Shown here piece by piece: positions 55,418-64,000 of a stretch of 64,000 nt of DNA. This DNA is from an uncultured Gammaproteobacteria bacterium. GTDB taxonomy: Bacteria > Patescibacteriota > Patescibacteriia > UBA1558 > 2-01-FULL-52-15. The notes beneath the pieces are model-generated. The model ran no database searches. It worked only from the letters and a program-made list of their open reading frames with translations, and had not been told where the DNA came from. The translations under genes and the position numbers were made by a program. The stretch's first letter is position 1. Every line of letters starts with the position of its first letter. The DNA is taken from the NCBI GenBank assembly GCA_964540995.1, contig CAZIOU010000002.1, positions 43,750 through 107,749 on the forward strand, written 5' to 3'.

Positions 55418-56210
55418 ACCTCTCAAATTATTATTCTTCGGAGATGTCATCGGTAAGCTCGGCCGTCGCGCCGTAGCCCAGATTGTACCGCAGTGGAAAT
55501 CGCAGTATCAACCTGATGTGATCTTGGCCAATGTCGAGAACCTAGCTCATGGCAAAGGTGTAACGGTCAAAACACTAACCGAGCTTAAGGAAGCTGGCGT
55601 CCAAATCTTCACCGGTGGCAATCATATCTTCAGCAAAGACGATCCTACCACTGATGAATACGCTGACAATTTCACTTTGGCCTTACCGGCTAATGTCGTC
55701 CGCACACCGGCTAATTTTCGTTATCACAAAATTACTGTCGCTGATAAAGAGCTGGTCGTTATTAACTTACTAGGCCAATTCCAGATTGAATCTGATGGCA
55801 GTACCAACCCCTTCCTCGAATTCGATAAGCTCTATGACGAGCTTAGTAAACCGAAATTGATGCTCGTTGATTTCCATGCTGAAGCTACCAGCGAGAAGGT
55901 GGCTTTCGGTCTGTACTGTGACGGCCGTGCTTCAGCTGTCGTCGGATCACATACTCACATCCCTACCAATGACGCTCGCATCCTGCCTCAGGGCACTGGC
56001 TATATCTCTGATATGGGCATGGTCGGCGGTCAGAATACTGTCCTCGGTGTCACTGCCAGTATTATTATCAATCGGTTCAAAGGTGAAACAGCTGCATTTG
56101 ACTGGCCAGAGACGGGAGAGGCTATCATCTGCGGTGTCTACCTAGAGCTTGACCCGGAGACAGGACACTGTTTACAAATCACCCCGCTTCAAGCTACTAT
56201 TACAGTATAA
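55407..56210 (+). CDS. ymdB: YmdB-like metallophosphoesterase (2',3'-cyclic-nucleotide phosphodiesterase)
   Basis: LKLLFFGDVIGKLGRRAV...GGNHIF. Overlaps the end of rny by 11 nt, the usual rny-ymdB pairing. Confidence 0.8.
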   Translation: MPAKPLKLLFFGDVIGKLGRRAVAQIVPQWKSQYQPDVILANVENLAHGKGVTVKTLTELKEAGVQIFTGGNHIFSKDDPTTDEYADNFTLALPANVVRTPANFRYHKITVADKELVVINLLGQFQIESDGSTNPFLEFDKLYDELSKPKLMLVDFHAEATSEKVAFGLYCDGRASAVVGSHTHIPTNDARILPQGTGYISDMGMVGGQNTVLGVTASIIINRFKGETAAFDWPETGEAIICGVYLELDPETGHCLQITPLQATITV

Positions 56211-56256
56211 GAAACCTCGTCTGCCCTATCGGTAGACGGACTTACGTCATACTACT

Positions 56257-56535
56257 ATGAACAAAGCCGAGCTATGTGAATCAATTGCTTCTAAACTAAG
56301 TCTCAACAAAACCGAAGTCGAACGAGTCGTCGATGCCTTCGAGGAAACGATCATGGCTACTCTGAAGACAGGCAGCGAAGTCAGCTTAACGGGCTTCGGC
56401 ACGTTCTCCGCTAAGCACCGTAGCGCTCGCGCCGGCGTCAATCCACGCAACCCGTCAGAGCGAATCCAAGTACCGGCCGTGACCATCCCCAAATTCAAAG
56501 CTGGCAAAGCTCTCAAAGACGCTCTCAAGAATTAG
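56257..56535 (+). CDS. hup: DNA-binding protein HU
   Basis: MNKAELCESIASK...GFGTFSAKHRSARAGVNPRNPSERIQVPA. Confidence 0.9.
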   Translation: MNKAELCESIASKLSLNKTEVERVVDAFEETIMATLKTGSEVSLTGFGTFSAKHRSARAGVNPRNPSERIQVPAVTIPKFKAGKALKDALKN

Positions 56536-56548
56536 ATCATTACTCAAT

Positions 56549-56580
56549 AATCCCGCTACCCAGCGGGATTATTTGTTTTA
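56549..56580 (+). terminator. Rho-independent terminator after hup
   Basis: tcccgct-accc-agcggga followed by ttatttgtttta. Confidence 0.7.
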
Positions 56581-56672
56581 TTACGCTATTTGACATACTT
56601 CCTACCATAGACTAAAGTCACACCGTTCGCTCTTTATCAAACCGCCACAACACACTCCCAAGGAGGGCAGCC

Positions 56673-57077
56673 ATGTCCCAACTACTTATTGACCGCAATA
56701 TTGTTACTTGGAGAGAGTTAACTCAAGCCGAAAGCCTGATTATCAGACTGTACCCGCTATTGGTGACTGCGGCCAAAAACACGAATCATGAGACGCATAC
56801 CGTCGGACTTCGAGTTCAGGTATTCGATGAGCTACGATTTTCGATTGTAGTTCAGAAAAAAGATGACTGTACCCAAGAAACAATCGCCACCCTCTTTTGG
56901 TGGGCAGTCGCTGATAATCCCGAACTTTGTCTCGACAGCGAAACGATTAAATGGATTCCCGTGTACATTGCGTCACGACTCTGCAGCCTCTCATTCGGTG
57001 GAGCAAATCCTCTGGAGCAGTTGGGCTGTAATTCTTCTGGATCAGAATCATTCTATTCCTTCATTCCCATGAGATAG
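56673..57077 (+). CDS. Hypothetical protein
   Basis: 134 aa. Shine-Dalgarno AGGAGGG. A TTGACA-17-TAAAGT promoter lies at about 56589-56620. Confidence 0.5.
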   Translation: MSQLLIDRNIVTWRELTQAESLIIRLYPLLVTAAKNTNHETHTVGLRVQVFDELRFSIVVQKKDDCTQETIATLFWWAVADNPELCLDSETIKWIPVYIASRLCSLSFGGANPLEQLGCNSSGSESFYSFIPMR

Positions 57078-57080
57078 CCA

Positions 57081-57125
57081 AAACGGCCCGATCACCAGAT
57101 CGGGCCGTTTCTTATATTATTTTTT
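57081..57125. terminator. Bidirectional terminator
   Basis: aaacggcccgatc-acca-gatcgggccgttt followed by a T-run. Confidence 0.7.
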
Positions 57126-57905
57126 TATTACGATACCAACCTTGGCACCATCAGCTGCTTGACCCGTCCAATCATGGATCGCGGCCATCAAGATATTTTC
57201 CGTATAGATATAATCCGCGCCATTACGGGTACCTGGGTCATTGGTGATGAACTTGCCATCTTTGGTAAAGCCTTTGATCACCAACATATGATAGATCGGA
57301 CCAGGCTGTTTGAAATTGGGATTATGCAGCTCTCTCCCCGCTGCCGGTACTATCACGGGGAAACCAGAGCGTAGCTGATCGCGTATCTTATCAGCTGTCA
57401 GATTGGCAATGATTTGATAACGATAGGAGGGATAAAACTGTTTGGCTAATTCAATGGTCTTGGCAGCTGATAAATCTAAATGTCCACCCCACTCTTTGAT
57501 CTGCCAAGCCACCATCTGATCAATCACATCCTTCATCTGCTGCTTAGTCAGACTGGCGTCGCGTAGATAAAAATCAGTCATGATTAGACTCGCCTCTTCG
57601 CAAGCTTCGCCATAGGGCATACTCCAATCACCAAAAGGAGCCTGCGAGGCAAATGGTACTGCCAAGTTAATCTGGTCAACTGGAGGTTTGGGTTCTGACA
57701 CTGGAGGTTTGGGTTTCTGGGGCACAGTGGAAGTCGGTATTACGGGAACAGTAGTAGTGACTACAGCGTTGATTGGTAGCGCTGGAGGCAGAACAACCTT
57801 GGGTGTCACAGCCTGACGAATATAGCCTCGTCCAGCATAAGCCAAACCAGCGATAACAATGATCGCCAGACCGGCTGTAAGAAATAATGTAGCTCTTCGT
57901 CTCAT
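57117..57905 (-). CDS. Secreted/anchored papain-like Cys peptidase (C39-like, YvpB-type)
   Basis: N-terminal TM and a Pro-rich linker, then FASQAPFGDWSMPYGEACEEASLIM and a downstream YHMLVIKGF. Confidence 0.55.
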   Translation of the reverse strand: MRRRATLFLTAGLAIIVIAGLAYAGRGYIRQAVTPKVVLPPALPINAVVTTTVPVIPTSTVPQKPKPPVSEPKPPVDQINLAVPFASQAPFGDWSMPYGEACEEASLIMTDFYLRDASLTKQQMKDVIDQMVAWQIKEWGGHLDLSAAKTIELAKQFYPSYRYQIIANLTADKIRDQLRSGFPVIVPAAGRELHNPNFKQPGPIYHMLVIKGFTKDGKFITNDPGTRNGADYIYTENILMAAIHDWTGQAADGAKVGIVIKK

Positions 57906-57952
57906 AGTACGCAGGTTATACTATAACCTCATTTCATAATTAAATACAACCT

Positions 57953-58375
57953 ATGAAACGAACTATCGCCGTTTTAGCGATACTATCTATGCTCATTACC
58001 GTCAATACGGTAGTAGCTAAATCCAATGATGCCAAGAATGCCAATAAAGATGGCGCCCTCGGTATCAGTAATACGCTGCAACTCAAGCATAATGAATCAG
58101 CCGAAGTTGAACACAATAAGTCAGCCAAACTAACAGCAGCTCATAAGATTACCTTCATCTATACCAGTGACACAGCTGCTACGACTACACTGTATGCTCT
58201 AACCAAAGATCGTCATGTCTGGTCTATCAGCAATGGCAGCTGGACTGACATGAACCGCACCTTACCAACTACCACACCGGCTATCAAGCAGTGGCAACCG
58301 AGCGCTTTCCTCGATGCTCGCGGTGATGCCTGGCGCTGGAGCGGCTCACTCTGGGTCAATATCAGCCATCCGTAA
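57953..58375 (+). CDS. Small secreted hypothetical protein
   Basis: 140 aa. Signal peptide MKRTIAVLAILSMLITVNTVVA. Confidence 0.5.
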   Translation: MKRTIAVLAILSMLITVNTVVAKSNDAKNANKDGALGISNTLQLKHNESAEVEHNKSAKLTAAHKITFIYTSDTAATTTLYALTKDRHVWSISNGSWTDMNRTLPTTTPAIKQWQPSAFLDARGDAWRWSGSLWVNISHP

Positions 58376-58385
58376 ATTCTTATGA

Positions 58386-58420
58386 AAACCCCTAGTCCTA
58401 AGGCTAGGGGTTTCGTATTG
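58386..58420 (+). terminator. Rho-independent terminator
   Basis: aaacccctag...ctaggggttt followed by cgtattg. Confidence 0.6.
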
Positions 58421-58779
58421 CTGGCTATGGCAACCTCTTACGATAGAACGACATAATTGAAAAAATCACTCTCTGGGGTTTGGGGTCACATACTTGTTTG
58501 AGCCCAAGAATAGAAGGGTAATCAAGAATAGACCGAAGCGAGTCTATGTGACCCCAAGACTTTTGATTACTTTTGGTCACAAAAGTAATGCCTGAGCGGC
58601 GAGCGATAATACCAAAATACTATCGATACTACCCAAGAATAGAGGTGGGATTATCTAAGATGAGAGGAGAAAGATTATATATCTTCTTTAATCTTTCGGA
58701 TGTTCAGAATAAAAAACAACCATGCCAGCTAATGCGGGATTTGGCCGGTTAATAAACTCTCATCGCTGATGAGAGTTTA

Positions 58780-59352
58780 TTATATTGCTCGAGCAATCAA
58801 ACCAATTGCCATGATTCCCAAGAAGCTGAAGACAAAAGATATTAGAGCAAATAATTTCTTATTAACCTTAGCTAGTCCCAGTACCGCCATAGCCAATTCG
58901 TCCGGTAGAGGCGAAGCGATAATCAGCCCAGCAAATAGCGGTGGCAACCAATGAAATATCTTGGTCTTAAAAATATGCCGCAACCTGCGGTGTGGGGCTA
59001 AATTGAAAATATAAAGAATATCCTGATCAAGGTCATCGCGGACGAAACGATAAATAACCGAATCAGCGATCACCGAACCAAGCGCTCCAACCAAGGCTAC
59101 GATCCATATTGGATAGGTTCGAGAAAGGTCACCTAATATGGCAATAGCCGGAGCCGTAGTAAACATCGAGCTGAAGAAAAATCCGGCCAAGAAGCTACTC
59201 ACCAGCTGCCAGCCATCGAATGCCTTTACTAGTTGATGTATCGCGCCCGTCTCAACCAGTAATACTGCCGTCAGGATACTCAACAAAATTGTGCCGATGT
59301 CACGACGGAAATTGGCTGCGTGCTGGGAATCAATTTTCTGAAACCATCTCAT
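58780..59352 (-). CDS. Hypothetical polytopic membrane protein
   Basis: 190 aa with 5-6 TM helices. Confidence 0.5.
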   Translation of the reverse strand: MRWFQKIDSQHAANFRRDIGTILLSILTAVLLVETGAIHQLVKAFDGWQLVSSFLAGFFFSSMFTTAPAIAILGDLSRTYPIWIVALVGALGSVIADSVIYRFVRDDLDQDILYIFNLAPHRRLRHIFKTKIFHWLPPLFAGLIIASPLPDELAMAVLGLAKVNKKLFALISFVFSFLGIMAIGLIARAI

Positions 59353-59858
59353 GCAGACATTGTAACATATTTACGTAAGAGAAAACCGTTCATACTGGAT
59401 GAACGGTCTCATGATCTGATCAAAAAGAAGTCGTTGTGACTGATGAATTCCCGAGAGAATCCAGTTGGTGACTAACGAGTGTTAGTACCTGTGTCATGAC
59501 TTGAATGGTCAGATCAAATAGTTGTGGAGCAAACATACGTAAGACCACTAATAGCAGAAAGAACGATAAGGCTGATGAGATAGCTCGAAACATAAATGTT
59601 TCCTATAAGCGTCAAAGCCTTGGAGAATATTGGTAGTTCGACGGCTACCAAGACCTTGTGAGCTTAAGAACGTGTAACGTTCCGAGTCTCAATGTTATTA
59701 GATGGTCTAGATTATTCTCTTCAGGTAAGAGGACGCTAATCAGAACGCCCTAATAACAAATAACGAATGCCTAATTACCAGCTTCCTGCCTAAAGAGAAT
59801 AGCTCCAGTGATGTAAAGAACTTCTCTACTTTTGGCTTACCAGAGGCTATAAATAATG

Positions 59859-61391
59859 TCAAGACTCTTTCTGCTGGCGGCGATATTGCAGTGCTTCCAA
59901 TACATGCTCGGTAGCGACCGCTTCCTGACCTGCCAGATCAGCGATAGTACGAGCTACTTTGATCACTTTATGGATTGAACGTGAAGATAATTGCAGTGAA
60001 TTGCTAGCCTGCGCGATGATTGAACGGCTCCGAACATCAAGAGGACAGTGGCGCTCTAACTGTCTACTCGAAATATCGGCATTGACATTGAATGGTTGGC
60101 CTTTATAACGAAGCGTTTGAATCGTTCGGGCCTGACTCACACGATCTTTGACTACTTCAGATGATTCACTGACCCGTCGAGAATCAAGTAATTGTTCACT
60201 CGGCACCGGCGCTATATCGAGATAGAGATCGATACGATCGAGAAGTGGTCCTGACACGCGGCGTTGGTATTGTGACACCTGTGATGGGCGACAAATACAG
60301 TCTCGCACTTGGCTGCCGTAGTAACCACAAGTGCAAGGATTGGCTGCTGCCACCAACATGAAGCCAGCCGGGAAACTAACAGCACTATGGGCTCGTGCAA
60401 TGTGCACTGACTTTTCTTCTAAAGGTTGTCGCAGGGCATCAAGTACTTGTCGCGGAAATTCTGGCAACTCGTCTAAGAACAAAACTCCTCGATGCGCCAA
60501 AGTAATCTCGCCTGGTTTGGGCCACGACCCTCCACCGACCAGCGATACTTGTGATGACGAATGATGTGGCGAACGAAATGGCCGCTGACGCATCAGAGGT
60601 TGGTCACTGGGTAATAAACCAGCGTAACTATAGATACGACTAACTTCCATCGCTTCATCCAATCCCATATCAGGCATGATGGACAACAAACTCTTGGCCA
60701 AGAGTGTCTTGCCTGCTCCAGGGCTACCGGAGAAAAAAACATTATGTCCGCCAGCAGCGGCAATTTCTAATAGTCGCTTGGCTTGATCTTGTCCTCGTAT
60801 GTCATCGAAGCTTACTGGTGCGACTGCAACCGTAGCACTGACTGAAGGTGAAATAGGTGGCGTTACAATTATTTCTTTGCCATTAAGATGCCGTGCTAGC
60901 TGCCGCAAGGTGCGCACAGGAATAATTTCAATATCTGGTACCAGCTGTGCCTCGGCCAGATTGCTCAAAGGCACATAGACACGCTTACAACCCAAACGCT
61001 GAATATTCCACACCATGTTTAGCACGCCTTTGACGGGACGCACTTCACCAGTCAGCGACAACTCTCCGAGATACACTGCCTGTAGATCAGCTTGGCCTAA
61101 CGTGACCAGATCCTTATGTAGCAGCACACTGATAGCGATCGGTAAATCAAACCAAGAACCTTCTTTGCGAATATCAGCCGGAGCTAGATTGGTCACCACC
61201 TTGCTGCGTGGGAATCGTAAGCCACTCGCATCACAAGCTGACCTGACACGCTCTCGAGCCTCCTGCACCATAGTATCGGCCAGCCCCACCATGATAAATT
61301 TGGCGGTAGGTGACGGCATAATATCAGCCTCCACCTCTACTAAGTAGCAATCCAAACCTATCGTTCCAACAGTTAAAATTTTACCCAACAT
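59859..61391 (-). CDS. comM: YifB/ComM-family Mg-chelatase-like AAA+ ATPase
   Basis: The N-terminal Lon-protease-like start MLGKILTVGTIGLDCYLVEVE and the Walker A motif GSPGAGKTLLAKSL. Confidence 0.85.
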   Translation of the reverse strand: MLGKILTVGTIGLDCYLVEVEADIMPSPTAKFIMVGLADTMVQEARERVRSACDASGLRFPRSKVVTNLAPADIRKEGSWFDLPIAISVLLHKDLVTLGQADLQAVYLGELSLTGEVRPVKGVLNMVWNIQRLGCKRVYVPLSNLAEAQLVPDIEIIPVRTLRQLARHLNGKEIIVTPPISPSVSATVAVAPVSFDDIRGQDQAKRLLEIAAAGGHNVFFSGSPGAGKTLLAKSLLSIMPDMGLDEAMEVSRIYSYAGLLPSDQPLMRQRPFRSPHHSSSQVSLVGGGSWPKPGEITLAHRGVLFLDELPEFPRQVLDALRQPLEEKSVHIARAHSAVSFPAGFMLVAAANPCTCGYYGSQVRDCICRPSQVSQYQRRVSGPLLDRIDLYLDIAPVPSEQLLDSRRVSESSEVVKDRVSQARTIQTLRYKGQPFNVNADISSRQLERHCPLDVRSRSIIAQASNSLQLSSRSIHKVIKVARTIADLAGQEAVATEHVLEALQYRRQQKES

Positions 61392-61564
61392 AAAAATCCC
61401 GCTTCCACGAGACTCCCTGTTAGATCTCTTAATGCTTAATCGGGGCTAACCCCGTTAGAGTTTTAAATCTCTAATGAGGCTAATTTTAGCCTAAATAGTA
61501 AAAAATGCAAGTAAATAGAATGGCTTATATTAGCCAATAGAGCTTATATTAGCCTAATCTGATA

Positions 61565-61595
61565 TTGACAAAATACTAATAAAATTGTAAGATAA
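61565..61595 (+). promoter_or_regulatory. Sigma70-like promoter (TTGACA-17-TAAGAT), preceded by direct repeats gcttatattagcc (two copies)
   Basis: TTGACAaaatactaataaaattgTAAGAT, about 45 nt upstream of the ATG at 61639, which has a GAGGAG Shine-Dalgarno. Confidence 0.45.
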
Positions 61596-61638
61596 TATAT
61601 TAATCGTACGTCACATATCACACACAGAGGAGCCGTAG

Positions 61639-61938
61639 ATGATCCATCTGCTAGCCGGTTCAGAGTCTGTAGTGCTAAGCACACAGCAGGCTCAGTTACT
61701 GACACTGGAGAGGGATAAGAGAATCCTCCAGTGTGCCACCCCGAACTGCTCACAGCGAGAGATTCCGAGTCAAATGTTTGGCTTGTCTGAGCCGCCAATT
61801 GGCACGAATCATCGGATTCACGTTATCTGCGCCCAACATTATACGGTGGCGCAAATCGTGAAGGACATTCCCAAAGAGCACCTGGCACCTCTACTGGATG
61901 CTATCAGCGCTGCACTGCGTGCCGAACGTGCCGGTTAA
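61639..61938 (+). CDS. Hypothetical small protein
   Basis: 99 aa with a good Shine-Dalgarno. Confidence 0.5.
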   Translation: MIHLLAGSESVVLSTQQAQLLTLERDKRILQCATPNCSQREIPSQMFGLSEPPIGTNHRIHVICAQHYTVAQIVKDIPKEHLAPLLDAISAALRAERAG

Positions 61939-62039
61939 CGCTCCACCCCGCTCATTACGCCATAACGGCTGTAGATGAGCGGGTTCACCTCAAGTTCATT
62001 TATACTAAGTGAATTTAAGGTGAACTAATCTAATTACCC

Positions 62040-64000
62040 ATGAATACATTGATGTCCAAAATTATTACTTTCATCATAGTGCTGACTATTGCTGTCGGTA
62101 ATTTTGGTTTTGCTGCTGTCACTCAAGCTGATAGTACATTGACCATCGATCGTATCACCATCAATACTGATTTCCCAGGTGCCAACGGTTCTGCTAAAGC
62201 TGATATTACGTGGCATACCAATAAGCCGGCCTACGGACAACTTCGTTATGGAGTAAAATCTGATCAACTTGATTTCGTTGCTAATACTTCTGGTAAGCCG
62301 TTATCGGAATATACGATGTCATTGTCGGGATTGAAGAGTGAAACAACTTACTACTTCACGATTCAAGCCAACATCAATACTGAAGCGACTACTTCGTTTG
62401 TCCGCAGTTTTAAAACTGTCAAAGTGGGTGATAGCATCGCTCCGACATTTGAAACTAATATTTCTCGAATCGACACAACGGCTCATACTGTAACATTTCA
62501 ATGGACTACCGACGAGGAAACTTCTGGTACTGTTTATTTCGGTACCAACAAAGATAAACTATCTTCTTCTGCCAGCCACAGTGGCCGCAGCAAAAAGCAT
62601 GAAGTAGTGATCAAAAATTTGAAACCTTCTACCACCTATTGGTATCGCGGTCAGATCAAAGATAAGGATAACGTCATTAGTAATTATTTTGTCGATAGTT
62701 TCCGTACTCTGGATAGTAATGCCAATGAGAAAGAACCTCTGATAATTTCCAGCCTTGGCCCTAATTCTACCAACGATAGTCGCGTACACGAGACGAGCTT
62801 AACAATTTCTTTCACGACCAATCGTCCGACCAAAGCAACTATTACGTTGAAAAGCAAAGCTGTCAGCAAGACGATCAAAACCGATACTTTCTCTACTACG
62901 CTTCATTCTTACACTATCGACGGCTTAGCTCCCAATACTACGTATGATTCAACTGTCAGTGTTTCTGACAATCTTGGTCATACTACCAAATTGGACAAGC
63001 TGACCTTTGCCACCCGCAATTATACTAAGACTCAAGATCAAGTCATCACTACCAGCGCCAACCAAAGCTACATCACCCCTGCAGTCCGTCTGGTCAAATC
63101 TAACTCCAGTGACACCGTCTATGCGGTGGTAACTCCTTTGACTGCTGGTGCTGTCTGTAGCGCAGCTGTCACCAAAGTTACCAGCCAAGCTGGTTGGAAT
63201 GCTGAATACTATGATTGGAACGAGACTTCACCTAACATGGCCAAGGATGACAAGGCAGTATTTAATTCGCCTTTGGAAACCAGTTGGTACAACCCTCAAT
63301 ATTTGGTCAAAACCAAGCTCGATACCAACCTCAAGTTTGGTCCTCGCTTCTATCCCGTTGATGAATTCAAAACGGATAATCAAGCGCACAACTACTATTT
63401 CGGCGCACATTGGAGCGGCAATCTCAATGTGCCTGCGACTGGTAACTATGCTTACGTCTTAGCTTCAGATGATGACAGCTGGGTATTGATCGATGGACAA
63501 GTGGTAATCAATAACGGTGGTCGTCACCGTCCTACCGAGATCAAGAAGACACTCAATCTCACTGCTGGTAGCCATCGTATTGATGTCTATTATGCGGAAC
63601 GATATCCTGTCGGTACTGCCATGACCTTCTATTTCTCTGATCCCAAATTGGTGGTTACCACCGGACAAAATCTGCTTAGCTGTCCCGCTGGTCAGATCAA
63701 AACCGCCAGCGTGAAGCTACACGCCATCATGAATTCGACTGCCTTCCAACGCTATGGCTATCAGTGGAATAAAATTGAGATCGTCAGCGATCAAGAATTG
63801 CAACGTTTCGCTCCTGCTAAGCTCATCCGTACTGCCAACGATCCAACTGTCTACTATGTTGATACTGCCCGACGCTTGAAGATCGCCATTCCCAACGAAG
63901 CCGTGTTCAATTCCTATGGCAATCAATGGAATGATGTTGTCTACGTCGTACCAGAAGACTTGAAAGCCTACTACAACGTAGAACTAATCAAAGAAGCTGG
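62040..64000 (+). CDS. Partial (3' end off window) large secreted protein with FN3-like repeats and a PA14 domain
   Basis: The ATG at 62040 gives MNTLMSKIITFIIVLTIAVGNFGFAAVTQA (signal peptide), then three FN3-like repeats ending ...TTYYF / ...TTYWY, then PA14-like NYYFGAHWSGNLNVPATGNYAYVLASDDDSWVLIDGQ. No stop before the window end. It is absent from the ORF track because it is not terminated. Confidence 0.7.
   Translation, partial: MNTLMSKIITFIIVLTIAVGNFGFAAVTQADSTLTIDRITINTDFPGANGSAKADITWHTNKPAYGQLRYGVKSDQLDFVANTSGKPLSEYTMSLSGLKSETTYYFTIQANINTEATTSFVRSFKTVKVGDSIAPTFETNISRIDTTAHTVTFQWTTDEETSGTVYFGTNKDKLSSSASHSGRSKKHEVVIKNLKPSTTYWYRGQIKDKDNVISNYFVDSFRTLDSNANEKEPLIISSLGPNSTNDSRVHETSLTISFTTNRPTKATITLKSKAVSKTIKTDTFSTTLHSYTIDGLAPNTTYDSTVSVSDNLGHTTKLDKLTFATRNYTKTQDQVITTSANQSYITPAVRLVKSNSSDTVYAVVTPLTAGAVCSAAVTKVTSQAGWNAEYYDWNETSPNMAKDDKAVFNSPLETSWYNPQYLVKTKLDTNLKFGPRFYPVDEFKTDNQAHNYYFGAHWSGNLNVPATGNYAYVLASDDDSWVLIDGQVVINNGGRHRPTEIKKTLNLTAGSHRIDVYYAERYPVGTAMTFYFSDPKLVVTTGQNLLSCPAGQIKTASVKLHAIMNSTAFQRYGYQWNKIEIVSDQELQRFAPAKLIRTANDPTVYYVDTARRLKIAIPNEAVFNSYGNQWNDVVYVVPEDLKAYYNVELIKEA

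Noticed and set aside
59572-59605. Hammerhead-ribozyme-like core CUGAUGA-gauagcuc-GAAAC followed by an AAACAU/AUGUUU stem
   Set aside because: Stem II would be only 2-3 bp (GAUAGCUC). The stem III loop is too small and no sequence complementary to the strand preceding CUGAUGA (gauaagg) is nearby to make stem I. A 7-mer plus a 5-mer at this spacing is expected by chance at appreciable frequency in 64 kb.
59632-59650. tRNA-like T-arm GGTAG-TTCGACGG-CTACC
   Set aside because: It has an 8-nt loop and no acceptor-stem complement, D-arm or anticodon arm within 90 nt upstream. It is not a tRNA or tmRNA 3' domain.
1-64000. CRISPR arrays, rRNA genes, IS elements or transposases, and integrases
   Set aside because: I saw no regularly spaced direct repeats of 24-40 nt, no rRNA-like conserved blocks and no DDE, tyrosine- or serine-recombinase motifs in any listed ORF. 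I could not scan exhaustively for short repeats.

Overview
The window reads as a compact, gene-dense bacterial genome using the standard genetic code: TGA is used as a stop, and start/stop overlaps of the ATGA or GTGA type are common. By inference, the gene content suggests a Gram-positive-like or Patescibacteria (CPR)-like small genome. The supporting observations are a minimal VirB4/VirB6/PrgI type-IV-secretion-like gene set with no coupling protein or relaxase, giant Cys-rich secreted proteins, a short IF-2, an rny-ymdB pair, LysM/M23 peptidases and few Shine-Dalgarno sequences. Core genes I recognise are rpsF-ssb-rpsR-efp, rsmA, tsaC, leuS, infB-rbfA, clpP, nrnA, rny-ymdB, hup, tag, a DEAD-box helicase, comM/yifB and one tRNA-Ile with anticodon UAU. 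I have put the most effort into seven things. (1) An AT-rich island of about 5 kb inserted into a cluster of STAS-domain genes (43.5-48.4 kb). It encodes a 900-aa protein with an unknown 500-aa N-terminal region fused to a RecD/Pif1-like SF1 helicase, a winged-helix protein, a HEPN-like protein with an Rx4H motif, and a DUF2164-like protein, with an internal GC-rich nested-palindrome element. This is a candidate novel defence system. (2) A type-IV-secretion-like module whose VirB4 is split into two translationally coupled ORFs, next to a 3028-aa Cys-rich secreted giant protein, a VirB6-like protein and a protein with Ca-binding repeats, all behind extended -10 promoters. (3) leuS carrying an inserted canonical Nudix hydrolase domain. 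(4) tRNA-Ile(UAU) next to a Phd/RelE toxin-antitoxin islet. (5) A paralog of NrnA in which the catalytic DHH motif is replaced by DRR. (6) A 196-aa ORF that is GC-rich relative to its surroundings and looks foreign. (7) Several ORF-free structured regions (52.5-52.9 kb, 58.4-58.8 kb, 59.35-59.86 kb) that may be ncRNAs or riboswitches. Nothing here was searched against a database. Family assignments rest on motifs I could read in the translations, and start codons, particularly the GTG/TTG ones, are provisional.
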